Positions 1 through 10,791 of a DNA stretch of 64,000 bases are shown here, piece by piece. Origin of the DNA: Candidatus Fimenecus sp. (lineage in GTDB: Bacteria; Bacillota; Clostridia; Oscillospirales; Acutalibacteraceae); contig DAVZXP010000005.1 of the NCBI GenBank assembly GCA_052298855.1, forward strand, positions 109,253 to 173,252, written 5' to 3'. The notes beneath the pieces were generated by a model that saw only the letters and a list, made by a program, of their open reading frames with translations, did not search any database and was not told the origin of the DNA. The translations under genes were made by a program, and so were the position numbers. Position 1 is the stretch's first letter. Each line of letters starts with the position of its first letter.

Positions 1-202
1 TGTCAAGCTCGGAATTATACGAAGCGTAAGACGGAACGCACAGCGCCGAAGAAAAAATCAGCAAAACGCATAAAATTAAGGATAAGACTTTTTTCAACAA
101 AAACACCCCTTGAAAACAATTAAAAAAAAGTGTATTATATATCACAGTCATTATAACAAATATATATATAAATATCAATTTATTTTTGAGGATGTGAACA
201 AT

Positions 203-892
203 TTGATTTATGTTACCGGCGACACTCACGCAGACCCCGAACGCCTTTCGCTTTCAAAGCTTCGTGCACTTAAAGCAGGCGATACGCTTATTATTTGCGG
301 AGATTTCGGCTTTTTGTGGGATGACAGCAAAAGAGAGCAGAAAATCATCCGTCAGCTCGGCAAAAGAAAATATAACATTTGCTTTATCGACGGTACTCAC
401 GAGAATTTCAAGCTTCTCAACAACTATGAGGTAAGCGAATGGAACGGCGGAAAGGTTCATAAAATATACGGCAACCTCTATCATCTTTTAAGGGGTCAGG
501 TGTTTGAAATAGACGGCAAAACCGTGTTTACAATGGGCGGCGGCGAAAGTCCCGACATTGACATAAGAACCGACGAAAACGGCTGGTCTAAGGACGAAAT
601 TCCCACTCAGGAAGAGCTTTTAGAGGGCGTTAAGAACCTTGAAAAGCACAATTACAAGGTCGATATGGTAATTACGCACGAGCCACCGACAAGAATCAAG
701 GGCTTTTTGCAGCTTAAGGATTATGACACGCTTCGTGTCAGCGCACTCAATGCGTATTTTGAGGAGCTTTCGGACTCCTGCGAGTTTGATAAGTGGTATT
801 TCGGCAGTTTACACGCTGACAAATATATTTCAAGCACACATATCGGAGTTTTCAAGAATATTATCAATGCCGAAACAGGCGAAAAAGTCTAA
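203..892 (+). CDS. metallophosphoesterase (calcineurin-like phosphoesterase family)
   Basis: ORF 110..892 has motifs GDTHAD, GDFGF, GTHEN and ITHEPP. Its first ~30 codons are AT-rich, promoter-like sequence. GAGGA at 188-192 followed by TTG 203 gives MIYVTGDTH. The start is uncertain (110-203). Confidence 0.8.
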   Translation: MIYVTGDTHADPERLSLSKLRALKAGDTLIICGDFGFLWDDSKREQKIIRQLGKRKYNICFIDGTHENFKLLNNYEVSEWNGGKVHKIYGNLYHLLRGQVFEIDGKTVFTMGGGESPDIDIRTDENGWSKDEIPTQEELLEGVKNLEKHNYKVDMVITHEPPTRIKGFLQLKDYDTLRVSALNAYFEELSDSCEFDKWYFGSLHADKYISSTHIGVFKNIINAETGEKV

Positions 893-910
893 ATATTTGA
901 GGATTTATAA

Positions 911-2032
911 ATGAAGCTTACTAATTCAAGAAAATTGATAGGAAGTATCGAGATGCTTCTTGCGGTGATAATTATAGTTTTCGCTGTAGTTAAGGCACCC
1001 GACACCCCTGCCCCTAAGCCTGCCGACACAACGGTTGAGACGACTACGCAGGCACCCGAGCCGGACTCGCAGACGCAGCCGGAATCGACAACCGAAGCGC
1101 CGAAGCCATCGACCACCGCCTTTGCACAGACGGGTGACTACCAGATTACAAATTCAATCATAGTTTTCCCTGACTCGGCAATGGAAATGTATTCAATCGC
1201 TAAGACAAGGCTCGGCGAATATGCGCAGACAATCAACACCTTTGCCGCAAAGGTGCCCGATAAAAAGGTTTATTGTATGCTCGTGCCGACAAGAATTGCA
1301 TTTTACGGACCCGAGGAATACAGGACGGGCAGTCACTCCGCACCCGACGGAATAAACATTGCGTATTCTCAGCTTTCCCCGAGCGTCACGTCAATCGACG
1401 CATACTCGGCTCTTTTACAGCACACGGACGATTACATTTATTTCAGAACAGACCATCACTGGACGGCGAGAGGCGCATATTACGCTTATTCGGCATTTTG
1501 TGAAAAAAACGGATTGTCGCACGCTCCGCTTTCTGCTTATCAAAGCGGCAGGCTCGACAATTTCGTCGGCACAATGTACCGCTACACAAACAGCGAAAAC
1601 CTTAAAAATCATCCCGATTACGTTGAATACTTTATGCCTATTGTTGAGGCTTCGGGCGAATTTTATTCATCTCCCGCTATGACCGACGGTAAGCCGCTTC
1701 GCATTATTTCAACGAATATCACGGACACCTCAAGCAAATACATGTGCTTTATTCAGGGCGACAAACCGCTTGAAAGAATAGTAACCTCAAATCAGAACGG
1801 CAAGAAGATACTTGTTATCAAGGAGTCATACGGCAATGCAATGGTGCCGTTCCTGCTTGAAAATTACAACGAGGTTTATGTCCTCGACCCGAGACAGGAC
1901 GGTGTAAAGGATATGAACCTTACAGAGTTTGTAAACAACAACGGTATAAACGAAATTTTGTTTATAAACTATCTTATGGCACCGTCAAACTCAAAGTATA
2001 TGACAGCGCTTAATAATATCATAAACAAATAA
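911..2032 (+). CDS. DHHW-motif family protein, membrane-anchored, SGNH/AlgX-like
   Basis: N-terminal TM helix, a Pro/Thr-rich linker and the diagnostic FRTDHHWT motif. GAGGA lies 9 nt upstream of the ATG. Confidence 0.75.
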   Translation: MKLTNSRKLIGSIEMLLAVIIIVFAVVKAPDTPAPKPADTTVETTTQAPEPDSQTQPESTTEAPKPSTTAFAQTGDYQITNSIIVFPDSAMEMYSIAKTRLGEYAQTINTFAAKVPDKKVYCMLVPTRIAFYGPEEYRTGSHSAPDGINIAYSQLSPSVTSIDAYSALLQHTDDYIYFRTDHHWTARGAYYAYSAFCEKNGLSHAPLSAYQSGRLDNFVGTMYRYTNSENLKNHPDYVEYFMPIVEASGEFYSSPAMTDGKPLRIISTNITDTSSKYMCFIQGDKPLERIVTSNQNGKKILVIKESYGNAMVPFLLENYNEVYVLDPRQDGVKDMNLTEFVNNNGINEILFINYLMAPSNSKYMTALNNIINK

Positions 2033-2050
2033 ATATTAGCGGTAAACAGC

Positions 2051-2080
2051 AAAAGCGTCCTTATTTAAGGGCGCTTTTTT
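2051..2080 (+). terminator. rho-independent terminator after the DHHW gene
   Basis: Hairpin aagcgtcc/gggcgctt followed by a T-run. Confidence 0.7.
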
Positions 2081-2084
2081 ACGG

Positions 2085-2795
2085 GTTCAAAAAAAGGGGG
2101 ATAAATTGCTGTTCCCCTGCGCTGTAAAATCAAATTTGCGGATATATAACGGCTATCGGCTGTTATCAAAATTGAATTAAACATCATATCGTAGGGGCGA
2201 ACTGTGTTCGCCTATTTTTATTTTCATATAAAATTTGACAGGCGACCGCAGGTCGCCCCTACGGGTTGTGTGTGTATTTTAATGGCATTTTAACCGGAAA
2301 TCATTATATAACGGCAACAATCAAACGGCGGGAGCAAGCCCCCGCCCTACCGTGTGTAATTAAATTTTAAGGCTTTCATACGGCTTTTATCTAATTTGAA
2401 AATTTGTATGACCGTAGGGACAACCCTTGCGGTTGTCCGTTAATTTGATTTAATATGTAATTTTTTGCGGATTTTATGTCATTTCAGCCGTTAATTATCA
2501 TATATCTGTTAATTTCGCACGGCGGGAGCAAGCCCCCGCCCTACCTCGTCGTCGTTTGCACCGTATCGTTCGCAACAGCCTTTGGCTGTCTCTCACTCAC
2601 TATGCAACTCCTCCTTTTCCGCAAAAATCACGCTCGGCTCGCCTGTTCGGTTGTAAACGCCCTCACGACGGCTTGCTGTCGCTACCAACTTTTGCGGATT
2701 GCGGACAGGGGCAAGCCCTGTCCCTACGGAATAATATCTAATTTGAAAATTTGTGCAAAACAAAGGCTCCCTCGTCAGAGGGAGCCTAATTCATC
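2085..2795. repeat. mosaic REP-like repeat cluster 1
   Basis: Contains GTAGG-flanked GC hairpins at 2191-2212, 2241-2262, 2327-2351, 2414-2438, 2521-2545 and 2703-2727. Also contains a ~155-nt module at 2546-2700. All of these recur in clusters at ~12.0, 34.2 and 61.2 kb. Confidence 0.9.
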
Positions 2796-2799
2796 AAAT

Positions 2800-4212
2800 T
2801 TAATCTTCTTTTTTGTTCTCGCCGTTTTCTTTTCTCTTTTCGATAATGTAAGCGTGAACATTATCTGCAAGCTCGCCGTAGATTTTGAACTTCTTTCTGA
2901 ATACGATAAGTGAAGCCGTAAGGAACACTATCGGAGCACCGAAAGCAAGCACGCCGATACCCGTCTTTGTGCCGTTTGTGAAGCTGCCTGCCTCATTCTG
3001 TGCATTGTAGTTCATTGCCCAAAGCGTGCCGAAAAGAACGATTGTCTGAATAGTATATGCCATCTTCTGCAAGAAGCCTTTCATTGAGAACGTGATACTC
3101 TCGTTTCTCACGCCGTTCTTATATTCGCCGTAATCGACAATATCCGCCAAGAAAATAGTCTGTGAAACGAACATTGAGGAAATACCGATAGAAGCGATAA
3201 TATAGCAAATATCGAGTACGATAGGCAGCTTTATGAATGCGCCGAACAACAGCATCAACGCATAGCCTAAGATTGAGAATACAAGCGAAATCGTATATGT
3301 GGTACGCTTTGAAAACTTCTGTGAAAGCAACGGAACTACCAAAAGTCCGAGGATTGAGCCAACCGCACCTATCGTGCCGAACAAGGACTGCTTTGTCGGG
3401 TCGCCGAGAGCGTCCGAGAAGTAGTAAGCCGCTGTCGAAGATGTAAGATACCAGCCTGCGTTTGAAAGCATTGCAAAGACCATAAATACAACAAGCTGAT
3501 CATTTGACTTGATGACGTTGAAAATCTGCTTAAAGCTGAATTTCTGTTTTTCATTATATACAACATTTGTTTCCTTTGTTGTAAGGAAGCAGATAAGTGA
3601 GAAAAGCACCAATGCGACACCGCATATAATTGCCCATCTCGAAAAGCCCGAAGCCGAATAGCCCTTATCGGTTTTCTGCTCAAGGTCGCTTGAAAGCAAG
3701 GGGCAGATGATGGGAGTCAAAATTGAAATGATACCCTGACCTACGCCCGAAAATGTTCTTGCAACGGTTGCGACAAGGTTTCTTTCCTTTTCCTCGCTTG
3801 TGAATGACGGAATCATTGACCAATAAGGAATATCAGCCATAGTGTTTGTCATACCCCAAAGGACATACATAACGGCAATGTAGATATAAAGCTTCATTCC
3901 ACTCATACCGAACGAGGTAAAGAGCAATGAAAGAACAACAGCGTTCGACAATGCACCTATTAAAATCCACGGACGGTATTTGCCTAATTTTGTTTTGGTG
4001 TTATCAACGATAGTACCCATCATTGGGTCGTTAATGCCGTCCCAAATTCTTGCGATAGGCGTTAATATAAGCAAAAACGCCTCGGGAAGATTGAGCACGC
4101 TCGACAGATAATACGAAAGGTATGTGTAGAACATACCGTAGCTCAGGTCAAGACCTATTGCGCCGACGCCGTAGCCCAATTTTCCTTTGATAAATTTAAG
4201 TTGTTCCTTCAT
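2800..4212 (-). CDS. glycoside-pentoside-hexuronide (GPH):cation symporter, MFS
   Basis: 12-TM profile with the N-terminal signature DGINDPMMG...KYRPW typical of MelB/YicJ-type GPH transporters. Confidence 0.8.
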   Translation of the reverse strand: MKEQLKFIKGKLGYGVGAIGLDLSYGMFYTYLSYYLSSVLNLPEAFLLILTPIARIWDGINDPMMGTIVDNTKTKLGKYRPWILIGALSNAVVLSLLFTSFGMSGMKLYIYIAVMYVLWGMTNTMADIPYWSMIPSFTSEEKERNLVATVARTFSGVGQGIISILTPIICPLLSSDLEQKTDKGYSASGFSRWAIICGVALVLFSLICFLTTKETNVVYNEKQKFSFKQIFNVIKSNDQLVVFMVFAMLSNAGWYLTSSTAAYYFSDALGDPTKQSLFGTIGAVGSILGLLVVPLLSQKFSKRTTYTISLVFSILGYALMLLFGAFIKLPIVLDICYIIASIGISSMFVSQTIFLADIVDYGEYKNGVRNESITFSMKGFLQKMAYTIQTIVLFGTLWAMNYNAQNEAGSFTNGTKTGIGVLAFGAPIVFLTASLIVFRKKFKIYGELADNVHAYIIEKRKENGENKKED

Positions 4213-5509
4213 TTTTCCTATCCCCCGATGTTTTTGTCTTTATGCGTAATGCCGCCTGCATACAGCCTGCAAGCACGGAAAAGCACAGAATTTGTTTGGG
4301 CGTGCACAAGGTGTTATCAAACAATGACATCACCGCAAAACCCGAAAGTGATGAAAGAAAGGCTATACCGTAGCTTCTATACCAACCTGTCATACGACAG
4401 AGCTTGACAAAATCATAAGCCATTACCGAAAGCAGCACACCAAACAGACCTAAGCCTATTATTCCGCCCTCGGCAAGAACTTCGATAAACAGATTGTGCG
4501 AGTGTGAAAACTCAAGTCCGTTTTCAAAAAGATAACCCGTAACATTATTATAGCCTGCACCGACGCCCAAAAGGAAATTGTCCTTTATCAGTCCGAACGT
4601 ACAGCCCCAAAGTCCTATTCTGTAATTGGTCGAAAGGTCCTGCGCCGCCGCAACACCTCTTCGTTCAAAAATCGTTACCATTATTATAAGCGAAGCCGCC
4701 GCCGCAACTCCCGACATAAATTTAGCCGGTTTTTTGCCTGCAAACGAAAGCACCATAAACGATACGATAATTGCAACCGCCGCCCCTCTTAAAAACGTAA
4801 AGAGTATGCCGAAGAAGATGAGCAATGAGCAGATAATTGAGAACGCACGCCGCTTTTTCGTTGCGGTATAAAAGCAGCAATACGCCGCTATCGGAAATGC
4901 CATTACAAGAAACGTTGCGAAAATCAGCGGATTTTCAAAGCAAGCGGCTACCCTGTCCCTGACCTCTTCGAAGAAGAAATCATAGTTTACCAATCCGTAA
5001 ACGAATTCATCAAGCTTTTGATAAAGCGGATTCGGGAACAAATCGGAGCGTCCGACCGCCATAAAGCACATCTGAATTATGGCGATTACAGAGTTTGCCG
5101 CCGCCGTGCCGACAAGGCAGAGCATAATATTCTCAATTTTCTCCCTCGTGTCGCAAAGTGAGATGATTGTCATAGCGCAAACCGTCGCACCGATCCAAAT
5201 AATTCCCATCATAACTGAAACTTTCGGAACTTTTGCCCAAAAGGCGGTTACGGCGAGATACACGGCGTAAACGGACATAATGATAAGAAACTTATCTCCC
5301 TTTAAGCTGATACGCTCAGTGCTTTTCCTTGTAACACAAAAGACAAAGACCACAAACGGTATGATAACCGTCAGATACTCGGGCAAGAGTGTGCCGAGAA
5401 ACAGCGAAACCGCCAACAGCTTATATGCGACGGGGAAGCTTTTATCCTTTAGAAATTGCGGAATCAAATACATCAACCCCAAAATTGAATTACCGATATA
5501 TATTATCAT
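4196..5509 (-). CDS. O-antigen ligase/polymerase-like (Wzy_C) polytopic membrane protein
   Basis: Multi-TM protein with a late HSHNLFIEVLAEGGIIGL motif typical of the O-antigen ligase family. Overlaps the downstream GPH gene by 17 nt. Confidence 0.6.
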   Translation of the reverse strand: MIIYIGNSILGLMYLIPQFLKDKSFPVAYKLLAVSLFLGTLLPEYLTVIIPFVVFVFCVTRKSTERISLKGDKFLIIMSVYAVYLAVTAFWAKVPKVSVMMGIIWIGATVCAMTIISLCDTREKIENIMLCLVGTAAANSVIAIIQMCFMAVGRSDLFPNPLYQKLDEFVYGLVNYDFFFEEVRDRVAACFENPLIFATFLVMAFPIAAYCCFYTATKKRRAFSIICSLLIFFGILFTFLRGAAVAIIVSFMVLSFAGKKPAKFMSGVAAAASLIIMVTIFERRGVAAAQDLSTNYRIGLWGCTFGLIKDNFLLGVGAGYNNVTGYLFENGLEFSHSHNLFIEVLAEGGIIGLGLFGVLLSVMAYDFVKLCRMTGWYRSYGIAFLSSLSGFAVMSLFDNTLCTPKQILCFSVLAGCMQAALRIKTKTSGDRKNEGTT

Positions 5510-5612
5510 ATTTCATCGGAAAATACAATAACAATTAAAGTAACAAAAAATGTGGGACACTAAACGGATTATTGCTTATTTATTACAAATTTATGAATTT
5601 TTGGAAAAGTAC

Positions 5613-5640
5613 TTGATTTTTTTTGATAATCGGCTAAAAT
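5613..5640 (+). promoter_or_regulatory. putative sigma-A promoter of groES-groEL
   Basis: TTGATT (5613-5618), a 16-nt spacer, then TAAAAT (5635-5640), immediately upstream of CIRCE. Confidence 0.45.
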
Positions 5641-5645
5641 ATATA

Positions 5646-5672
5646 TTAGCACTCGGAGGTAAAGAGTGCTAA
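5646..5672 (+). promoter_or_regulatory. CIRCE operator (HrcA binding site)
   Basis: Perfect consensus match: TTAGCACTC-N9-GAGTGCTAA, 36 nt upstream of groES. Confidence 0.95.
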
Positions 5673-5707
5673 CGAAATGTTTTTAATTCTTTTGGGAGGA
5701 ATCTTAT

Positions 5708-5992
5708 ATGACAATCAAACCACTTGCTGACAGAGCTGTTCTCAAGTCAGTTGAACTCGAAGAAACCACAAAAAGCGGTATCATTCTTGCCGCTTCCGCA
5801 CAGGAAAAGCCTCAGGTTGCAGAAGTTGTAGCAGTAGGCCCCGGCGGTGTTGTAGACGGTAAAGACATCAAAATGTATGTCAAAGTCGGCGACAAGGTAA
5901 TTACAAGCAAATATTCAGGCACGGAAGTTAAAATTGACGACGTTGAATACGTTATCGTTCGTCAGTCAGACATTCTTGCAGTTGTTGAATAA
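5708..5992 (+). CDS. groES: co-chaperonin GroES
   Basis: 94 aa, beginning IKPLADRAVLK...; GGAGGA RBS; directly precedes groEL. Confidence 0.97.
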   Translation: MTIKPLADRAVLKSVELEETTKSGIILAASAQEKPQVAEVVAVGPGGVVDGKDIKMYVKVGDKVITSKYSGTEVKIDDVEYVIVRQSDILAVVE

Positions 5993-6008
5993 TCATTGGA
6001 GGTAATGA

Positions 6009-7646
<1,638 letters not shown>

Positions 7647-7672
7647 TCCGAAATCCTAACGGCACAATAGCT

Positions 7673-7712
7673 AAGGCTCTAACCGAGAAAATCGGTTAGA
7701 GCCTTTTTGTTT
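7673..7712 (+). terminator. rho-independent terminator after groEL
   Basis: Hairpin aaggctctaaccga/tcggttagagcctt followed by a T-run. Confidence 0.85.
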
Positions 7713-7735
7713 TGCTTTTTTGATTTATTATATTT

Positions 7736-7999
7736 TTACTGATTGTCCGTATGTAGATTTTTGTACTTTTCCCTCGTGGCAAGTCCGCCCCTTATATGCC
7801 GTTGTGCCTTGTTCTCGTCAAGCACCTTACGAACTTTCAAATAAAGCGCATAATCACTCTTTTTAAGCCTTTGCGAAACGTCCGTATGAACGGTGCTTTT
7901 GCTTATTCCAAACGCCTTTGCGGTGCTTCTGACGGTTGCATTGTTGGTAATTATGTATTCGCCAAGCTCTGCGGCACGGTCATCAACTGTATAATTCAA
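7736..7999 (-). CDS. spoIIID: sporulation transcriptional regulator SpoIIID
   Basis: 87 aa with an HTH (FGISKSTVHTDV) and the RHIRGGLATREKYK tail, as in B. subtilis SpoIIID. Confidence 0.9.
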   Translation of the reverse strand: MNYTVDDRAAELGEYIITNNATVRSTAKAFGISKSTVHTDVSQRLKKSDYALYLKVRKVLDENKAQRHIRGGLATREKYKNLHTDNQ

Positions 8000-8071
8000 A
8001 ACTAAAACCCTCCTTTACATATCAGTAATAGATATGCAAAAAAGGGTTTTTATATTCTTTATTTCGTCAAA

Positions 8072-8701
8072 TTACTTTGTGCCGAAAATTCTGTCGCCTG
8101 CGTCGCCGAGACCGGGAACGATATACTTATGCTCGTTGAGACATTCATCACAAGCAGCGCAGAAGATTTCAACGTCGGGATGAGCGAGTGAAAGAGCCTC
8201 AATTCCCTCGGGAGCTGCAATTATGCACATAAATTTGATTGATTTCGGATTATATGCCTTAATCTGATTTATAGCGTCGATAGCAGAACCGCCTGTTGCA
8301 AGCATCGGGTCGATAACGAAAACCTCACGCTGTGAAATATCCGACGGAAGCTTGCAGTAATAAGGAACGGGAAGTGCTGTTTCGGGGTCACGGTACATAC
8401 CGATATGACCAACCTTTGCCGACGGTACAAGTGAAAGAACGCCGTCAAGCATACCCGTACCTGCACGGAGAATCGGTACGAAAGCAAGCTTTTTACCTGC
8501 GATTACTCTTGCCTTTGCAACCGCTACGGGTGTTTCGACATCGACTTCCTCAAGCGGAAGATCTCTTGTTGCCTCATAGCAAAGGAGAGTAGCAATTTCG
8601 GAAATAAGTGCTCTGAATTCCTTAGAACCCGTGTTTTTATCCCTTAAAATGCTAAGCTTATGCTGAATAAGCGGATGATTTGTAATTGTAATGTTTGCCA
8701 T
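8072..8701 (-). CDS. upp: uracil phosphoribosyltransferase
   Basis: Typical Upp sequence ([20 protein letters not shown] loop DPMLATGGS). The start is moved to the ATG 9 nt after GGAGGA; the ORF itself extends to 8737. Confidence 0.93.
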   Translation of the reverse strand: MANITITNHPLIQHKLSILRDKNTGSKEFRALISEIATLLCYEATRDLPLEEVDVETPVAVAKARVIAGKKLAFVPILRAGTGMLDGVLSLVPSAKVGHIGMYRDPETALPVPYYCKLPSDISQREVFVIDPMLATGGSAIDAINQIKAYNPKSIKFMCIIAAPEGIEALSLAHPDVEIFCAACDECLNEHKYIVPGLGDAGDRIFGTK

Positions 8702-8771
8702 TTTCATTTCCTCCATATACTTCTTTTCATTTACCACAATAATTATATACCACTAAAAATTTAATTACAAG

Positions 8772-9215
8772 TTATTTTTGAGCGTTTTCAATATCCTTGA
8801 GCTGATCTATTCTTCTCTGGTGTCTGCCGCCCTCAAACTCGGTGTTCAGGAACACCTCGACAAGCTCGAGTGCAAGACCTGCGCCGACAACTCTGCCGCC
8901 CATGCAAAGCACATTTGCGTCATTGTGAAGTCTTGTATATTTTGCGCTGAAATAATCCGAACAGCAAGCGGCTCTGATACCGTTTACCTTGTTTGCCGCC
9001 ATAGAAATACCGATTCCCGTGCCGCAACAAAGAATACCCTTATTGCCCTCGCCCGAAACGATTTTGTCGCAAGTCTTTTTGGCAATAAGCGCATAGTCAA
9101 CCGAGTCAGCGGAATACGTACCGCAATCCTCGTACTCTATCCCCTTTTCGTCAAGATATTTTTTGATGGACTCTTTAAGCTCAAATCCACCGTGGTCAGC
9201 TCCCAAATAAAGCAT
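8772..9215 (-). CDS. rpiB: ribose-5-phosphate isomerase B
   Basis: 147 aa with GADHGG and CGTGIGISMAANK; LacAB/RpiB family. Confidence 0.92.
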   Translation of the reverse strand: MLYLGADHGGFELKESIKKYLDEKGIEYEDCGTYSADSVDYALIAKKTCDKIVSGEGNKGILCCGTGIGISMAANKVNGIRAACCSDYFSAKYTRLHNDANVLCMGGRVVGAGLALELVEVFLNTEFEGGRHQRRIDQLKDIENAQK

Positions 9216-9218
9216 AAT

Positions 9219-9920
9219 TTATTCTCCTTTGTTTTTTAATTTATTGTTAAGCTCTCTCTGCGCCTGCGGCAGCCTCAAATAAACCGGTAAAAGTTCATTC
9301 GCACCGACAGTTTTTTCGCCCGAGAGAATTTTATCATACGCAATAAGCGCAACGCTCGACGCCTTCGGGAAACGTCTTTGCTCATCAGCCAACACAGCCT
9401 TTGAAAGCTCGCCCGACAACCTTTCAAAGCACATTTTTGCGCCGTCGCCTGCGAAAATAACAGGCTTGTCAAGTCCTTTGAGTTTTTCGAGCAATTCGTC
9501 AATCAAAATTGCCTCGTCGGGGAACAGCCTCTCCCCTTTCAAAAACGAAGCCGTATAAACCTGATTGCATCTTGCGTCCATAACCGCACACACAACCGCA
9601 TTTTCGTCCCTAAACGGATAAGCGATAGCCTCCAGCGACGACACGGCAAAGCACGGTGTAGCAAAGCTGTCTGCAAGTCCTTTTGCCGCCGCAACGCCTA
9701 TCCTCACGCCCGTAAACGAGCCGGGACCTGCGCTGACGCTGATGACATCGACATCACAAACAGCCGTATTTGTATTTTTAAGCACACTCTCAACCATAGG
9801 CATAAGAGTTTGCGAGTGAGTAAGCCCCGTGTTGAGGAAGCTCTCTGCAATAAGCTTTCCGTCCTCAATCAAAGCCGCACCTGCGCTCAAGGATGAACAT
9901 TCAAGCGATAAAATTTTCAT
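9219..9920 (-). CDS. tsaB: tRNA t6A37 threonylcarbamoyltransferase complex subunit TsaB
   Basis: YeaZ-like with GPGSFTGVRIG. Overlaps tsaE by 4 nt. Confidence 0.88.
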   Translation of the reverse strand: MKILSLECSSLSAGAALIEDGKLIAESFLNTGLTHSQTLMPMVESVLKNTNTAVCDVDVISVSAGPGSFTGVRIGVAAAKGLADSFATPCFAVSSLEAIAYPFRDENAVVCAVMDARCNQVYTASFLKGERLFPDEAILIDELLEKLKGLDKPVIFAGDGAKMCFERLSGELSKAVLADEQRRFPKASSVALIAYDKILSGEKTVGANELLPVYLRLPQAQRELNNKLKNKGE

Positions 9921-10348
9921 ATTTCAAAATCACATCCGTCAACGGTAATTATTCGGTCGTCGTCGCCCTCACCCTTTTCGATAGTAACCTTAATTGTGTT
10001 ATCGGGCAAAGCGTTTTCGATATTTTCACTCCACTCGACGCAAAGCACGCTTCCCATATCCATATAATCAAAAAAGCCTGTCGAATAGAGGTCGTCCCAG
10101 GAAGAAACACGGTACATATCAAAATGACAGAGCTCCGAGTTTTTTCCGTAAACATTTACAATCGCAAAGGTCGGACTGCTGACATCACATTCAATGCCCA
10201 TTCCCTTTGCAACACCCGTGGTAAATGCGGTTTTGCCCATGCCGAGTCCGCCGTAAAATGCAATTACGGTACCCTTTTTAACCTGCTTTCCGAATTTCTC
10301 GGCAAGCGCCACGGTCTCTTCATAATTTTTCGTTTTGAAAACCTGCAT
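9917..10348 (-). CDS. tsaE: tRNA t6A37 ATPase subunit TsaE
   Basis: Walker A GGLGMGKT, SPTFAIVN and HFDMYR. The start is set at MQVFKTKNY; the ORF extends to 10423. Confidence 0.88.
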   Translation of the reverse strand: MQVFKTKNYEETVALAEKFGKQVKKGTVIAFYGGLGMGKTAFTTGVAKGMGIECDVSSPTFAIVNVYGKNSELCHFDMYRVSSWDDLYSTGFFDYMDMGSVLCVEWSENIENALPDNTIKVTIEKGEGDDDRIITVDGCDFEI

Positions 10349-10471
10349 TATATCACCGATAGATATTGTACCACTAAAAGCCGTTTGCGTAAATAGTTTT
10401 GCTTGAAATCGGTGCGATAACATACTATAATATATTTGATATGTTAAGATTTAAGGCTAAACACGGCAGGA

Positions 10472-10791
10472 AATAGTGTGAAAATCACACTATTCACATA
10501 ATTATAATGCCCTCAAAATTTGCCTTTGGCAAAATTTTGAGATGGCAGAAATCACCATCACGCCTGTTTAGGCAACACGGGTTGAAACGGTGAATTTTAA
10601 TAAACTATTTGTTGCCTAAAAGGCTATGGTGAATAGTGTGAAAATCACACTATTCACATAATTATAATGCCCTCAAAATTTGCCTTTGGCAAAATTTTGA
10701 GATGGCAGAAATCACCATCACGCCTGTTTAGGCAACACGGGTTGAAACGGTGAATTTTAATAAACTATTTGTTGCCTAAAAGGCTATGGTG
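10472..10791. repeat. perfect tandem duplication, 2 x 160 bp
   Basis: 10472-10631 is identical base-for-base to 10632-10791. Each unit contains a 23-bp palindrome (aatagtgtgaaaatcacactatt), a TATAAT and two further long hairpins. Confidence 0.97.

Noticed and set aside
1-73. Possible 3' end of an upstream gene: frame 2 reads ...KLGIIRSVRRNAQRRRKNQQNA-stop.
   Set aside because: Only ~24 codons are visible, and a basic tail alone cannot identify a family. There is too little evidence to annotate.
2085-2795. Possibility that the hairpin-rich clusters are CRISPR arrays.
   Set aside because: The units are of several different sequences, occur in both orientations, have irregular spacing (tens to hundreds of nt) and have no unique-spacer pattern. 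No cas genes are in the window.
2476-2913. ORF-track entries lying inside the repeat clusters: 2476-2913, 2556-2741, 12030-12248, 12089-12340, 34171-34515, 34348-34605, 34472-34672 and 61340-61597. Several share look-alike peptides such as ...LLLFRKNHARLACSVVNAL... or ...YPDFVYAAWSAAQNRPLRQQML...
   Set aside because: The similarity comes from repeated DNA modules present in both orientations. The frames are not preserved between copies, there are no RBSs, and the content is hairpins and terminators. I treat these as non-coding repeat translations, not genes.
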